DNA of 64,000 nucleotides from positions 97,306 to 161,305 of the forward strand of contig JAUIFA010000001.1 in the NCBI GenBank assembly GCA_030429625.1, in the 5' to 3' direction. The position numbers were made by a program, and so were the translations under genes. Each line of letters begins with the position of its first letter. Position 1 is the first letter of the stretch. Origin of the DNA: Alphaproteobacteria bacterium. GTDB lineage: Bacteria > Pseudomonadota > Alphaproteobacteria > Rickettsiales > UBA8987. A model generated the notes under the pieces. It saw only the letters and a list, made by a program, of their open reading frames with translations, did not search any database and was not told the DNA's origin. This document shows, in pieces, positions 11,220-21,531 of this stretch.

Positions 11220-12755
11220 CTAGCCTTTGACAAATACTTTTACGAGTTTTTTAAGAATATCATGCAGTTTGCCTTCAATATCCTTATCCAACACCTTCTT
11301 CGTGCGGATTGCATCCAACAAGTCAGCATGGCTGTCATGAATTTCACGCAATAAATTGGCTTCAAAATCCGTTACGTCCTCTGCTGGAATCGTGTCCAGA
11401 TAGCCATTAACACCGGCAAAGATAGCAATGGTCTGCTCCTCAAATTTAAGAGGAGAATATTGATCTTGTTTCAACACTTCTACCAAACGTGCGCCACGGT
11501 TAAGCAATTGTTGTGTCGCCGCATCAAGGTCAGAGCCAAATTGGGCAAATGCTTCCATCTCACGATATTGTGCCAGTTCCAGCTTGATAGGCCCGGCGAC
11601 TTGCTTCATCGCTTTTACTTGTGCCGCAGAACCCACACGGGATACGGATAGACCCACATTAACGGCCGGACGAATCCCCTTATAGAACAAGTTTGTTTCA
11701 AGGAAGATCTGTCCGTCTGTGATTGAAATCACGTTCGTTGGGATATACGCCGAAACATCACCACCTTGTGTTTCAATAATCGGTAGCGCGGTCAAAGAGC
11801 CAGCCCCTAACGCATCAGAAAGTTTTGCAGCACGTTCAAGCAAACGTGAATGCAGATAGAACACATCACCCGGATAAGCTTCACGCCCCGGTGGACGACG
11901 TAGCAACAACGACATTTCACGATAGGCCACCGCATGCTTAGAGAGATCGTCATAGGTGATCAGCGCATGCATGGAGTTATCACGGAAATACTCACCCATG
12001 GTACAGCCGGTATAAGGAGCAAGGAACTGCAATGGAGCTGCTTCAGAAGCCGTAGCCGCAACAATAATTGAATATTTTAGCGCACCTTCTTCTTCAAGCT
12101 TCTTAGCAATCTGCGCTACAGTAGAACGTTTTTGACCAATACACACATAGATGCAATAGATCTTATCTTCTTCATTATCACCATCATGTGCTGCACGTTG
12201 GTTGAGCATTGCGTCAATGGCAATAGCGGTTTTCCCAGTTTGCCTATCACCAATGATCAACTCCCGCTGACCACGTCCAATCGGGATCAAACCATCAATG
12301 GCCTTAATACCGGTTTGCACAGGCTGATGCACCGACTTACGGGCAATGATCCCCGGTGCTTTGGTTTCTACTGCTTTATAAGTCACGTTTTTTAAAGGGC
12401 CTTTGCCGTCAATTGGGTTACCAAGTGCGTCCACCACACGGCCAAGCAAACCTTTGCCGGTAGGTACTTCAACAATTTTACCCGTACGCTTAACAACATC
12501 ACCTTCTTTGACATCTTTAGAGCTTCCGAACAATACTACGCCGACATTGTCTTCTTCAAGGTTGAGCGCCATTCCCACAGCGCCACCAGGAAATTCAAGC
12601 ATCTCACCGGCTTGAGCTTGATCCAGCCCATGTACCGTAGCAATACCATCACCCACTGACACCACATGGCCAATTTCTTTAAGTTCACTCTCGCTAGAAA
12701 AATCAGCGATTTGTTTCTTCAGAATACCTGAAATTTCCGAAGCTCGGATTTCCAT
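11220..12755 (-). CDS. atpA: F1 ATP synthase alpha subunit
   Basis: 511 aa. Walker A is [20 protein letters not shown] and [21 protein letters not shown] are also present. Confidence 0.97.
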   Translation of the reverse strand: MEIRASEISGILKKQIADFSSESELKEIGHVVSVGDGIATVHGLDQAQAGEMLEFPGGAVGMALNLEEDNVGVVLFGSSKDVKEGDVVKRTGKIVEVPTGKGLLGRVVDALGNPIDGKGPLKNVTYKAVETKAPGIIARKSVHQPVQTGIKAIDGLIPIGRGQRELIIGDRQTGKTAIAIDAMLNQRAAHDGDNEEDKIYCIYVCIGQKRSTVAQIAKKLEEEGALKYSIIVAATASEAAPLQFLAPYTGCTMGEYFRDNSMHALITYDDLSKHAVAYREMSLLLRRPPGREAYPGDVFYLHSRLLERAAKLSDALGAGSLTALPIIETQGGDVSAYIPTNVISITDGQIFLETNLFYKGIRPAVNVGLSVSRVGSAAQVKAMKQVAGPIKLELAQYREMEAFAQFGSDLDAATQQLLNRGARLVEVLKQDQYSPLKFEEQTIAIFAGVNGYLDTIPAEDVTDFEANLLREIHDSHADLLDAIRTKKVLDKDIEGKLHDILKKLVKVFVKG

Positions 12756-12799
12756 AATAACTTCCTTTCTTAAATAGTTTTAAAACCAGAGAACCAAGG

Positions 12800-13360
12800 T
12801 CAACTGGCATTTTTTAAATATAGTTTCGTGCTCTCAAGCTTTCCAGAGAGAGAGCAATCGAGCATTTGTGAACCAATCGTAACAATCAGACCACCCAAAA
12901 TAGAGTCATCGACTTCTTCTTCCAGCAAGACAATCTTGCCGGTATTTTTAGAAAGCAACGATGTAATTTCTTTTAGTTCAGACTTCTTCAGAGCTTTTGC
13001 AGACGTGACGGTAGCTTTAACCTCGCCTTTGCTTTGGGACATAATTTCATCATAGGCAGTCACTATCTCGCGCATAATACTCAAACGTCCATTGGCACCG
13101 AGCACCACACAAAATTTGTGCGTAAGTTCTGAAATTTTAATTTTTGCAAAAATAGCAAGCGCGGCATTAGCAACCTGATCTTTGGGCAATATAGGGCTTT
13201 GAAGAACGGAGGAAAATTCTTCTGAAGAGTAGATTATATCGTCGATGGCGTTTAAATCTTTAGCAACTTCCTCAATTTTTTTGCCGTCATGAGCCAGATC
13301 GAACAACGCTTGGGCGTAACGGCGGGCAATGAGTGCCTTGCTAAACTGTTTCTTTGCCAT
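12800..13360 (-). CDS. atpH: F1 ATP synthase delta (OSCP) subunit
   Basis: 186 aa. Contains ARRYAQALFDLA and ILGGLIVTIGSQMLDCSLSGKL. It is the first gene of the atpHAGDC operon. Confidence 0.85.
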   Translation of the reverse strand: MAKKQFSKALIARRYAQALFDLAHDGKKIEEVAKDLNAIDDIIYSSEEFSSVLQSPILPKDQVANAALAIFAKIKISELTHKFCVVLGANGRLSIMREIVTAYDEIMSQSKGEVKATVTSAKALKKSELKEITSLLSKNTGKIVLLEEEVDDSILGGLIVTIGSQMLDCSLSGKLESTKLYLKNAS

Positions 13361-13548
13361 AGTGACGATCTCTTATAATTTTTTGCTCAAACAAAGGGAG
13401 AATCTACACATTCACACTAGGCAAAATATGAATTTCTGGCTCTCCACTCAAAAATATGGGGCATGTCTAGCATATGAATTTTATGCTGGCAAGAGTAAGA
13501 ATGAACTGTTTGGAAAAAAAATGCAATTAGCGGAGTAAGAACACACAT

Positions 13549-14184
13549 TTACCAACTTGCAGACGCATGGTTTCGTTGGTCTGATTCTTCGTCAAAGTTA
13601 TTTATTTTTTTACCGTCAGGCAGGTGATTATTTATCTCTGAGATGATATCATTGCGCAGATCTTCTATTTGTGTAGGCAACTTTGCACCGGTGATGTTTG
13701 AGGCCACCCCCAGCCGTTCAATTACCTTTTTCCCACCTGCTCCAAAGCCAAGTCCATAGGTATTTTCTAAATTGGCAAAGTTAAAATTCGCGCCGTCAAT
13801 TTTTGTGTTGTATAATTTGGTGAAGGACAAATCTGCTTTTCTAAAATCACAATATTGTACATTCGCACCATCAAGCTGAACATCGGTGAGATTGGAATTT
13901 GTAAAGATAGTATGTTCGGCAGTGACCCCACTCAAGACAACTTTTGATAAATCATAATTTGAAAAGTCTCGTCCGGAAATATTAGAGTTGGTCATGTCAA
14001 TGCACAAATCCTTCTGACCCTTGGAGAAGCTGGCCATTCTTGTAAGCCGTGTGAAGAGTTCACGTACTTTAGACTTACGCATGTCCACATTACGCAAATC
14101 TAAATCCCTAAGGTCGAGTACCCCGTTGACAAAGGAATCCTCCATACGAATAAGGAATTGTGTTGTGGTAATTGTTTGTAACAT
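13549..14184 (-). CDS. Pentapeptide-repeat protein
   Basis: 211 aa. Consecutive A(D/N)LxX-type pentads run from about residue 65 to 135, for example NISGRDFSNYDLSKVVLSGV, TNSNLTDVQLDGANVQYCDFRKADLSFTKL and GANFNFANLEN. Confidence 0.75.
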   Translation of the reverse strand: MLQTITTTQFLIRMEDSFVNGVLDLRDLDLRNVDMRKSKVRELFTRLTRMASFSKGQKDLCIDMTNSNISGRDFSNYDLSKVVLSGVTAEHTIFTNSNLTDVQLDGANVQYCDFRKADLSFTKLYNTKIDGANFNFANLENTYGLGFGAGGKKVIERLGVASNITGAKLPTQIEDLRNDIISEINNHLPDGKKINNFDEESDQRNHASASW

Positions 14185-14319
14185 CTACATGACCTTACAG
14201 AATTTAGATTTAAATATGCCCCTTACCAAAACAATATAACACCATAAGGTGCAAAAATAAATACCGTATCTGTGTTTACTGTGATATTATTTAAATATTA
14301 ATATCTTAGGTAAAGATTT

Positions 14320-16068
14320 ATGGTAGAAACACCACACATATCACACATTGCCGCCAGCGGAAGTGGTGGGGGCAACAATCCATCAGGAGCCAGCAGTCAA
14401 ACCACAGTTTTAAAAATACCATCTGGGCTGGAAAATCTGCAACCGGGTCGGGTGGTAGAGGCGGTGGTTGTCGGAAAAGATATGCATCAAAACACCCAAC
14501 TGCATGTCAAGCAAGGCACTCAATTGGACGAGTTGACCGTTTCGAGCAAACTGCATTTACCAAAACAAAGCAGCCTGTTAATCAAGATTCTGGAAAACGC
14601 AGTAGGCAAGGACGGTCATGCGCATTTTAGAGCGCAAATACTTTCTGTGGATGGGAAAGAGCCAAATTTACCAAAAACAACAAACGGTGAAACCATAAAA
14701 TATTCTGACATCTTAAGGGCGGTTTTGCCCAGCGGGGGTGGCACAGGAAAACCATCGCCTATAATTCCAAATCCGTCCGAAGAGGTAACGGTAGTCAATG
14801 TTTCTAAGGGGGCAGTTCTGGGGGCGGTGGTGGTCAAACCTAGCCCTCAGTCCTCACAATATTTACCCCAATCATCTTTGGCCAATGCTGCAGTAAAAGC
14901 CTATGGCGGGGAAGCAACCTCTCTTAAAGAATTTGATCAGGTGCAATTAAAGGTCATATCGTATAAGACAGATGGAGAAGTGGGTTTTAAGCCGTCTAAT
15001 GCGACAACGAGCAACACAACAAAAGACGTGAGTTACAGTGCGTATCAAAAAGCCGGGGCGGAAGGCACGTATACAAAACCGTCAGGGGAAGGAATTTCAA
15101 CCAAAGAAGCGGTTTCAGCATTTGCCAATCGTAATGCAGGGACACAAGCGCAAAATTCATCATTGATGGAACAATCAGGCAAAGTTTTTACGGCCAAAGT
15201 TATCGGAATAGAAAAATCCGGAGAGGCGGTATTGTCAAGTCCTTTAGGAACATTGACATTGTCTTCTGCTGTAAAATTAGCGCCGGGAAGCACACTAAAT
15301 CTGGAGGTGATTTCTCATATGTTAAAATCAGAAATGGCCGAAGGCGCGCAGACAGATCAGAAATTTATTACCAACAATTACAAACAGGCTTTTTCCGGAG
15401 AAAATTCCCCATTGCATGGGTTGTTTAAACAGCTGCAATCCATTCAGGGTAGAGATGGTGGAATTATTCGGGATATTTTCCCCAGCAATAATAATCAGGC
15501 AGCGGCCAAATTATTGTGGTTTTTGTTCAACATACAAGGCGGCAGTGCTGCGGGCTGGATAGGGAAAGACAACACACAGATATTGGCCAAGTCCGACCAG
15601 AAAGACATCCTAAAGAAATTGGAAAACACGTTTTCTAATATGAGAAAATTATACAATGAAACCAATCAGGCAGGGTGGCATACGGCCATCTTTCCGTTTT
15701 ACGATGGCGAGGATCTTCAATTTGGCAGGTTCTATTCCAGACAGGATGAGTCTGACAAAACCAAAGGCAATGATGTTCGGTTTCTTGTTGAACTTGAGCT
15801 AGACAATTTGGGGGAATTCCAATTGGACGGATTCATCAAAGAGAAGCCGTCAAAAGACAACATATACGGCAAACAGTTTGATCTTTACGTGCGTTATAAG
15901 AATGAGATTGATGGTGGAATGGAAAAAGAAATCAGAGAACTATTTGAGGCCTCTTTAGGTGCTTCCGGCCTACGGGGGCAGATCATTTTTGAACGTGTAA
16001 AAAACTTTCCCATCCATCCGGATGAGGAGGTGGAATTGAGTGAAGATAGCGGTGAGATTATAGTTTAG
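14320..16068 (+). CDS. Hypothetical 582-aa protein with a C-terminal region reminiscent of the FliK hook-length-control C-terminal domain
   Basis: The N-terminal two thirds are S/T/G/Q/P-rich. The C-terminus (DVRFLVELELDNLGEFQLDGFI...FDLYVRY...EIRELFEASLGASGL) matches my recollection of the Flg_hook/FliK-C pattern. No flagellar genes lie nearby. Confidence 0.35.
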   Translation: MVETPHISHIAASGSGGGNNPSGASSQTTVLKIPSGLENLQPGRVVEAVVVGKDMHQNTQLHVKQGTQLDELTVSSKLHLPKQSSLLIKILENAVGKDGHAHFRAQILSVDGKEPNLPKTTNGETIKYSDILRAVLPSGGGTGKPSPIIPNPSEEVTVVNVSKGAVLGAVVVKPSPQSSQYLPQSSLANAAVKAYGGEATSLKEFDQVQLKVISYKTDGEVGFKPSNATTSNTTKDVSYSAYQKAGAEGTYTKPSGEGISTKEAVSAFANRNAGTQAQNSSLMEQSGKVFTAKVIGIEKSGEAVLSSPLGTLTLSSAVKLAPGSTLNLEVISHMLKSEMAEGAQTDQKFITNNYKQAFSGENSPLHGLFKQLQSIQGRDGGIIRDIFPSNNNQAAAKLLWFLFNIQGGSAAGWIGKDNTQILAKSDQKDILKKLENTFSNMRKLYNETNQAGWHTAIFPFYDGEDLQFGRFYSRQDESDKTKGNDVRFLVELELDNLGEFQLDGFIKEKPSKDNIYGKQFDLYVRYKNEIDGGMEKEIRELFEASLGASGLRGQIIFERVKNFPIHPDEEVELSEDSGEIIV

Positions 16069-16280
16069 CCGATAAATCCAGTAGAAGTTACGCACATTGA
16101 ACTATCGTGCCAAACCATGGTGGGACTTGTCTTGTTTTATAAGGATATTTTGCTATTAAATAAACCGGTTTAATAAGAGAAAATATTTATAGAACAGATA
16201 GTTATAATTATCAGCTATGTTTAATAATATTTTCTATTTTTATGAAAGCAAAAAACGCTTAATATAGAAAGAGATAGCTT

Positions 16281-16301
16281 TTGTCCACAAAGTTATCCAC
16301 A
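16281..16301 (+). promoter_or_regulatory. Two tandem DnaA-box-like 9-mers upstream of uvrC
   Basis: TTGTCCACA (16281-89) has one mismatch and TTATCCACA (16293-301) is a perfect consensus. They are in the same orientation with starts 12 nt apart, and they lie 44-64 nt upstream of the uvrC ATG in a 276-nt AT-rich spacer. Confidence 0.45.
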
Positions 16302-16344
16302 AGCAATGCTTTAAAATAATTTTAATAGATAGTATACATCCCCT

Positions 16345-18195
16345 ATGACCATATCCTCCATATCACCCCCGAAATCATCCCCAGGAAATGGGGTTGAGGT
16401 GATCCGTGAAAATTTAAAAACCATGCCAGAACAGCCAGGCGTGTATCAAATGTTTGATGCTAAAAACAATGTGCTTTATGTGGGCAAAGCAAAGAATCTG
16501 AAGAAGCGTCTTATCAGCTACACGCACGTAAACAAATTGGTGTATCGTATCAGCCAAATGGTGATGAATACGGCGAAGTTGGAAATTATCGCCACAAAAA
16601 CAGAGGCTGAAGCATTGATTCTTGAGGCCAATTTGATCAAGGAACATAAGCCCAAATACAATATTCTGCTTAAGGACGACAAATCATTTCCTTACATAAT
16701 GATTGATAAAGAGCACGATTTCCCACGTATTTCAAAACATCGTGGCGCGAAGAAAAAGGAGGCCATTTATTTTGGCCCCTTTGCCGACACGGCAAGTGTG
16801 AATCAGGCCATTTCCACATTGCAGAAAGTCTTTTTGTTGCGCCCCTGTTCCGATAATATACTTAAGAACGCGTTGCGTCCCTGTATGGAATATCAGATAA
16901 AGCGTTGCAGTGCGCCCTGTGTGAAGAAAATATCAAAGGAAGAATATGCGGAGCTTGTCGCTCAGGTAGAAAATTTTCTTCAAGGCAAAGACGATCAGGT
17001 CAAACATTACTTAACACAGCAGATGTTAGAGACCAGCAAGGCCATGGATTATGAAAAAGCAGCATTGTACCGTGACCGCATTCAAGCGCTGTCGATTATA
17101 CATTCTCAGCAACACAGCAACATCAAGACATTTTTAGACGCGGACATATTGGCCGTATGTCAGCAGGAAAATAACAGCGTGGTGCAAATTATGTTTGTGC
17201 GTGGGGGGCAGATTTTAGGCAGCAAAGCCTATTTCCCAACACAGACAGAAGGGCATTCCGTAGCGGACATATTGGAAGCGTTCATGGTACGGTTTTACCA
17301 AAGCAATACTCCGCCACCCGACATTATAATCAGCGAAGATATTTATGCCAAAAGACTGCTGGAGGAGATTCTTTCAGAAAATTCCGATCGAAAAATAAAG
17401 ATCACTTTCCCCAAGAAGGGGGAAAAAAGGACAATCATTGAAACGGTGCTAGAAAATGCAAAAACATCTTTGCGGCGCAACATTCAGCAGGCGACTAATG
17501 AACGAGATTTGATGGAAAAACTGGCAAAGAAATTTGAAATAGGCTCGACGATAAAGAGGATAGATATTTTTGATAACAGCCATATTTTTGGTAAAAGTGC
17601 TGTGGGTGCAATGGTGGTGGCAACACAAGATGGGTTTGACAAACATGCGTACAGGAAATTCAATGTCGATTCAGGAAGTAAGGTAACCGGAGGCGATGAT
17701 TTCTACATGATGGAGCAAGTGCTAAAGCGTAGATATTCAAAAATGGAAGAAGGAAATCGACCGGATGTGATAATCATCGACGGTGGGGCTGGCCATTTGA
17801 CAGTGGCAAAGCAGGTGCTGGAAGATCTGGGCATTGACATTCCTTTACTATGCATTGCCAAAGGTCCTGATCGTAATGCAGGTAGGGAGGATTATTATCT
17901 GGTTGGACAAGAGCCGTTTAAATTACCAAAAGACGATGAGGTCGGTTATTATTTGCAGCGTCTGCGTGACGAAGCCCATCGATTTGCTATCTCAACGCAT
18001 CGCGCCAAAAGAAGTAAGGATACCATAAAATCTGAGCTGGATACAATCCCTGGTATTGGTGCCAGTAGAAAAAAAGCTCTGTTGCACCACTTTGGTTCAG
18101 TTAAGGCAATTGCGTCTTCGCCGGAGAAGGAGCTACTTAAAGTAGAGGGCGTGAGTAAAAGTATAGCAAAAATCATATATAATTACTTTCATTAG
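16345..18195 (+). CDS. uvrC: Excinuclease ABC subunit C
   Basis: 616 aa. The GIY-YIG region is PGVYQMFDAKNNVLYVGKAKNLKKRL. The C-terminal (HhH)2 region is IPGIGASRKKALLHHFGSVKAI. Confidence 0.95.
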   Translation: MTISSISPPKSSPGNGVEVIRENLKTMPEQPGVYQMFDAKNNVLYVGKAKNLKKRLISYTHVNKLVYRISQMVMNTAKLEIIATKTEAEALILEANLIKEHKPKYNILLKDDKSFPYIMIDKEHDFPRISKHRGAKKKEAIYFGPFADTASVNQAISTLQKVFLLRPCSDNILKNALRPCMEYQIKRCSAPCVKKISKEEYAELVAQVENFLQGKDDQVKHYLTQQMLETSKAMDYEKAALYRDRIQALSIIHSQQHSNIKTFLDADILAVCQQENNSVVQIMFVRGGQILGSKAYFPTQTEGHSVADILEAFMVRFYQSNTPPPDIIISEDIYAKRLLEEILSENSDRKIKITFPKKGEKRTIIETVLENAKTSLRRNIQQATNERDLMEKLAKKFEIGSTIKRIDIFDNSHIFGKSAVGAMVVATQDGFDKHAYRKFNVDSGSKVTGGDDFYMMEQVLKRRYSKMEEGNRPDVIIIDGGAGHLTVAKQVLEDLGIDIPLLCIAKGPDRNAGREDYYLVGQEPFKLPKDDEVGYYLQRLRDEAHRFAISTHRAKRSKDTIKSELDTIPGIGASRKKALLHHFGSVKAIASSPEKELLKVEGVSKSIAKIIYNYFH

Positions 18196-18467
18196 GGCGT
18201 AATGCAGTTCATGGTTGTTCTTAATCTACCTATGGGCGACAAGAGTAAATAAATACAATTTATCTGTTGGGTAATAATAATATATGTGGTATTCTCAAGG
18301 GGTATTTTTATACTATTTGTAGATTTTTTAATTGTTTTATAAAGAATGGAAGTATCGGATTAAATTATTTATTAATTGTTAACATTTTCACTGGAATATT
18401 AAAAAACTTCAGATTATAATCCACTCTGCAAAGTTGAATTGTTTAACCAAGCTAGGTTTTTTAACAC

Positions 18468-19094
18468 GTGAGAAAAAATACTCTTAGTACTGTAACCAAT
18501 CTCCATACTTCCAAAGATAAATCGTCGGATGCGAGCGATAAGAAGGCTGAGGAGACTGCTATGGATGTTACGGCACTGATGAATTTGCTGGACAATAACC
18601 TTAATAATAAGACAAATTCTTCTAAGTCAGAAAATATTGCAGCGCAAAAACCAAAGAAGAAAGAAGTGCCGAAGAAGATTGATTTTTCTGACATAAGGGA
18701 AACCCTTGAAATCAGTGAAACAAAAGTGGCGGACAACATAAACGAGCCTATTTTTTCTCCCAATCCGATGAAATATTTTTCTATGGCCGCCATTGTGGTT
18801 ACAACAATATGTCTGTTCTTTGGCATGCTGTATGTGGTTGATAACAAAGCCGATGAGTGGTTTATTAAAGCGTCTGGACAAAAGGACGGAAAAAATGAAG
18901 GTCTTCTTTCGTCTGCCGCAACAAATAAAACCATGGCAAAACGTCTGGCCAATGACAAAAAATTAGCTGAAAATACCAAAAATGTAAATGGGGGTGACTT
19001 TGGCAAAATTTCTCCTTCTTCCGGTGGGGAGATGGACTATTCGGATAAGGTTGAGCTTCTTAGGTTGCTAAGCAAAAAATCTGTGAAAAATTAA
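18468..19094 (+). CDS. Hypothetical K/N/S-rich protein with one central TM segment
   Basis: GTG start, 208 aa, with the hydrophobic stretch YFSMAAIVVTTICLFFGMLYVV. It is preferred over the antisense ORF 18461..19006, whose F/S-rich translation looks like a mirror artefact. Confidence 0.45.
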   Translation: MRKNTLSTVTNLHTSKDKSSDASDKKAEETAMDVTALMNLLDNNLNNKTNSSKSENIAAQKPKKKEVPKKIDFSDIRETLEISETKVADNINEPIFSPNPMKYFSMAAIVVTTICLFFGMLYVVDNKADEWFIKASGQKDGKNEGLLSSAATNKTMAKRLANDKKLAENTKNVNGGDFGKISPSSGGEMDYSDKVELLRLLSKKSVKN

Positions 19095-19118
19095 ATCTAC
19101 ATCAAACAGGAAAATATC

Positions 19119-20207
19119 GTGAAAAGATTTATTATTATCGGTCTTGTTTTATCATTACTGCCTATGGTCATGACTTCGGCATATGCTTTTGGCGAGGATC
19201 AGGTTGCCGTTGCTAGCGATCAGGTGAAAACATTGGAAGAGGATACGCCCAGCCTTATGATTGGTAATAATGGTCAAAACATATTGGGGATGGTCACCGG
19301 CTCACCAACGGGCACATATTATCGTTTTGGGTATGATATAAAAGACGCAATCAAAAACAGCGGCGTAGAAATTAATGTGAAAGAATCTAAAGGATCCATT
19401 ACTAATATCCGTCGTATTGGTAGCAATGAAAACGCGGCTTTTGGCATTGTACAGTCGGATGTGCTTGGTTTTTTAAGCCGATCAGCACAACCTGAATCGA
19501 AAAAATTGGCGGAAAATTTGCGTATGGTTTTCCCCTTTTATCAGGAAGAGGTCCACATCATTGCCAATAATTCTGTGAAAACATTTTCTGACCTTAACAA
19601 AAAGACCGTTGTGGTGGGGCAAAGTGGCAGCGGGAGCTGGCTTACTGCGATGAATATGTTTAGCATTACAGGCTATCGCCCTTCAAAAATACGACGTCTT
19701 TCTCCGGAAGAAGGAATGAAAGCGGTTTTAACGGGTGAGGCCGATGCCATGATTTTTGTTGCGGGAAAGCCAGTGACCTTGTTCGAAACATTGGGTGAGC
19801 TTTCAAACAATCCCAAATATGCAGACATTGTAGAAAATGTGCATCTGGTTCCCGTCAGCGACGGCCGCCTCCTTAAAGAATACGCACAATCCATAATTAC
19901 ACCTGAAGATTATAACATTGTGAAAGAGGATATTCCAACCATTGCGGTGACAGCGGTGTTGGTATCGTATGATTTTTCTGATGTAGAAAGCAACTATTCC
20001 CGTGAGCGTTGCAACGACATTAAGCGATTTAGCGCTGCCCTGACAGAAAATATCGCTGCGTTAAGAAAAACCGGTCATCCCAAATGGAAAGAAGTGGATT
20101 TGGATGCAGAAATTGGCGTGTGGAAGCGTGATAAATGTTCGGCCATGTCAAGTACGTCCGTTGAGTTAGAAAATGAGTTCTTAAATGAACTTGAAATTCA
20201 ATGGTAA
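19119..20207 (+). CDS. Periplasmic solute-binding protein, TAXI-family TRAP receptor-like
   Basis: Signal peptide MKRFIIIGLVLSLLPMVMTSAYA. GSPTGTYYRFGYDI and AAFGIVQSDV resemble TAXI/NMT1-like binding proteins. No permease gene is adjacent. Confidence 0.55.
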   Translation: MKRFIIIGLVLSLLPMVMTSAYAFGEDQVAVASDQVKTLEEDTPSLMIGNNGQNILGMVTGSPTGTYYRFGYDIKDAIKNSGVEINVKESKGSITNIRRIGSNENAAFGIVQSDVLGFLSRSAQPESKKLAENLRMVFPFYQEEVHIIANNSVKTFSDLNKKTVVVGQSGSGSWLTAMNMFSITGYRPSKIRRLSPEEGMKAVLTGEADAMIFVAGKPVTLFETLGELSNNPKYADIVENVHLVPVSDGRLLKEYAQSIITPEDYNIVKEDIPTIAVTAVLVSYDFSDVESNYSRERCNDIKRFSAALTENIAALRKTGHPKWKEVDLDAEIGVWKRDKCSAMSSTSVELENEFLNELEIQW

Positions 20208-20259
20208 GAAATTTATTCTGACAGTGCTTGATTAACAGTCTTTTGGTGGAAGGTGGAAG

Positions 20260-20829
20260 ATGATGCTCAGAAAGATACCAAATATTCTGACATTCTCACG
20301 GATTGTTGTTATCCCTTTTCTTGTGGCCTCATTTTATATTAATGATTTCTTCCCTGATCTAGATGTGCGTATGGCTCACTGGGTGGCGGCGGGTTTGTTT
20401 GCTTTGGCCAGTGTAACGGATTTTTTTGACGGCTATCTGGCGCGTGCGTGGAAGGTGGAATCACAGTTGGGCAAGCTGTTAGACCCCATTGCAGACAAAC
20501 TAATTGTGGCCACCGCCATCATCTTACTGGTGCATTTTGATCGTGCGGATGTCATTGCGTCGTTGATTATCCTCTGTCGCGAAATTGCTATTTCTGGCCT
20601 GCGTGAATTCTTAGCACAAACCAACATCAGTGTGCCGGTCAGCAAGTTGGCCAAGGTAAAGACAGTCTTCCAGATGTTGGCCATTTTCTTATTGATTCTG
20701 GGGACAAAAGGCACGGGAGAGGAGCTCACCAAAACCATTGGCAATGTTTTCCTCTGGATCGCAGCCTTGTTGACCATCGTAACGGCTTATGCCTACATTA
20801 AAACCGGCTTAAAGCATATTCAAGACTAA
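20260..20829 (+). CDS. pgsA: CDP-diacylglycerol--glycerol-3-phosphate 3-phosphatidyltransferase
   Basis: 189 aa. The CDP-alcohol phosphatidyltransferase motif is DFFDGYLARAWKVESQLGKLLDPIADKL. Confidence 0.9.
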   Translation: MMLRKIPNILTFSRIVVIPFLVASFYINDFFPDLDVRMAHWVAAGLFALASVTDFFDGYLARAWKVESQLGKLLDPIADKLIVATAIILLVHFDRADVIASLIILCREIAISGLREFLAQTNISVPVSKLAKVKTVFQMLAIFLLILGTKGTGEELTKTIGNVFLWIAALLTIVTAYAYIKTGLKHIQD

Positions 20830-20841
20830 AACCCAAAGCAC

Positions 20842-21519
20842 CTAGCTGGCATTAGCAAGGCCACGCAAGACCCTATTTCCTATGTTCTTACACACGGTAA
20901 AATTGGCTTCGGTTTTTTCACGAATCTCATCAATGGTAGTGTCCGGTGCATGGTCTACTAATACCAATCCTTTGTTGGTAATATCAAACACCGCCAGCTC
21001 AGTAATAACTCGATCCACTACTTTTTTCCCAGTTAAGGGAAGGTTACAGTGCTTCAAAATTTTAGGTGAGCCATCTTTGGCCGTATGGGTTTGCAATACC
21101 ACGACGCGTTTTACACCCGCAACCAAATCCATCGCCCCGCCAGGGCCTTTGACCATTTTGCCGGGAATCATCCAATTGGCCAGATCACCTTCTTCTGAGA
21201 CTTCCAATGCCCCTAAGATAGAAAGATCAATATGGCCACCGCGGATCATGCCAAAAGACGTTGCACCATCAAAATAACTGCTGTCTGGCAGTTCAGTGAT
21301 GGTTTGTTTTCCGGCATTGATCAAATCCGCATCAACTTCGTCTTCCGTTGGGAAAGGCCCCATGCCTAACATACCGTTTTCTGATTGTAAGGTAACATTG
21401 CATCCTTCTGGGATATAGTTTGCCACCAGTGTGGGCATGCCAATACCAAGATTGACATAGCAGCCATCGAAAAATTCGGTGGCAGCAATTTTACACATAT
21501 CTTCTTTTGACCAAACCAT
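20842..21519 (-). CDS. scoB: 3-oxoacid CoA-transferase subunit B
   Basis: 225 aa. Contains LQSENGMLG and GGAMDLV and pairs with the upstream A subunit. Confidence 0.9.
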   Translation of the reverse strand: MVWSKEDMCKIAATEFFDGCYVNLGIGMPTLVANYIPEGCNVTLQSENGMLGMGPFPTEDEVDADLINAGKQTITELPDSSYFDGATSFGMIRGGHIDLSILGALEVSEEGDLANWMIPGKMVKGPGGAMDLVAGVKRVVVLQTHTAKDGSPKILKHCNLPLTGKKVVDRVITELAVFDITNKGLVLVDHAPDTTIDEIREKTEANFTVCKNIGNRVLRGLANAS

Positions 21520-21531
21520 GCTGTGTCTCCC

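Noticed and set aside
13329-13538. A 69-aa plus-strand ORF in the atpH upstream region.
   Set aside because: It lies in the divergent promoter spacer of the atp operon and overlaps the atpH start. Composition is odd and there is no RBS.
16069-16344. Interpreting the AT-rich spacer with DnaA boxes as the chromosomal origin.
   Set aside because: Only two boxes are visible. There is no dnaA, dnaN, hemE or parAB context and no obvious strand-bias switch in the window. A regulatory site is the more conservative reading.
18461-19006. A 181-aa minus-strand ORF that almost exactly overlaps the 208-aa plus-strand ORF.
   Set aside because: Its F/S/L-rich sequence is typical of the antisense of a K/E/N-rich gene. 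The plus-strand ORF is co-directional with and 24 nt upstream of the next gene. Neither ORF has a recognisable family, so even the plus-strand call is only moderate.
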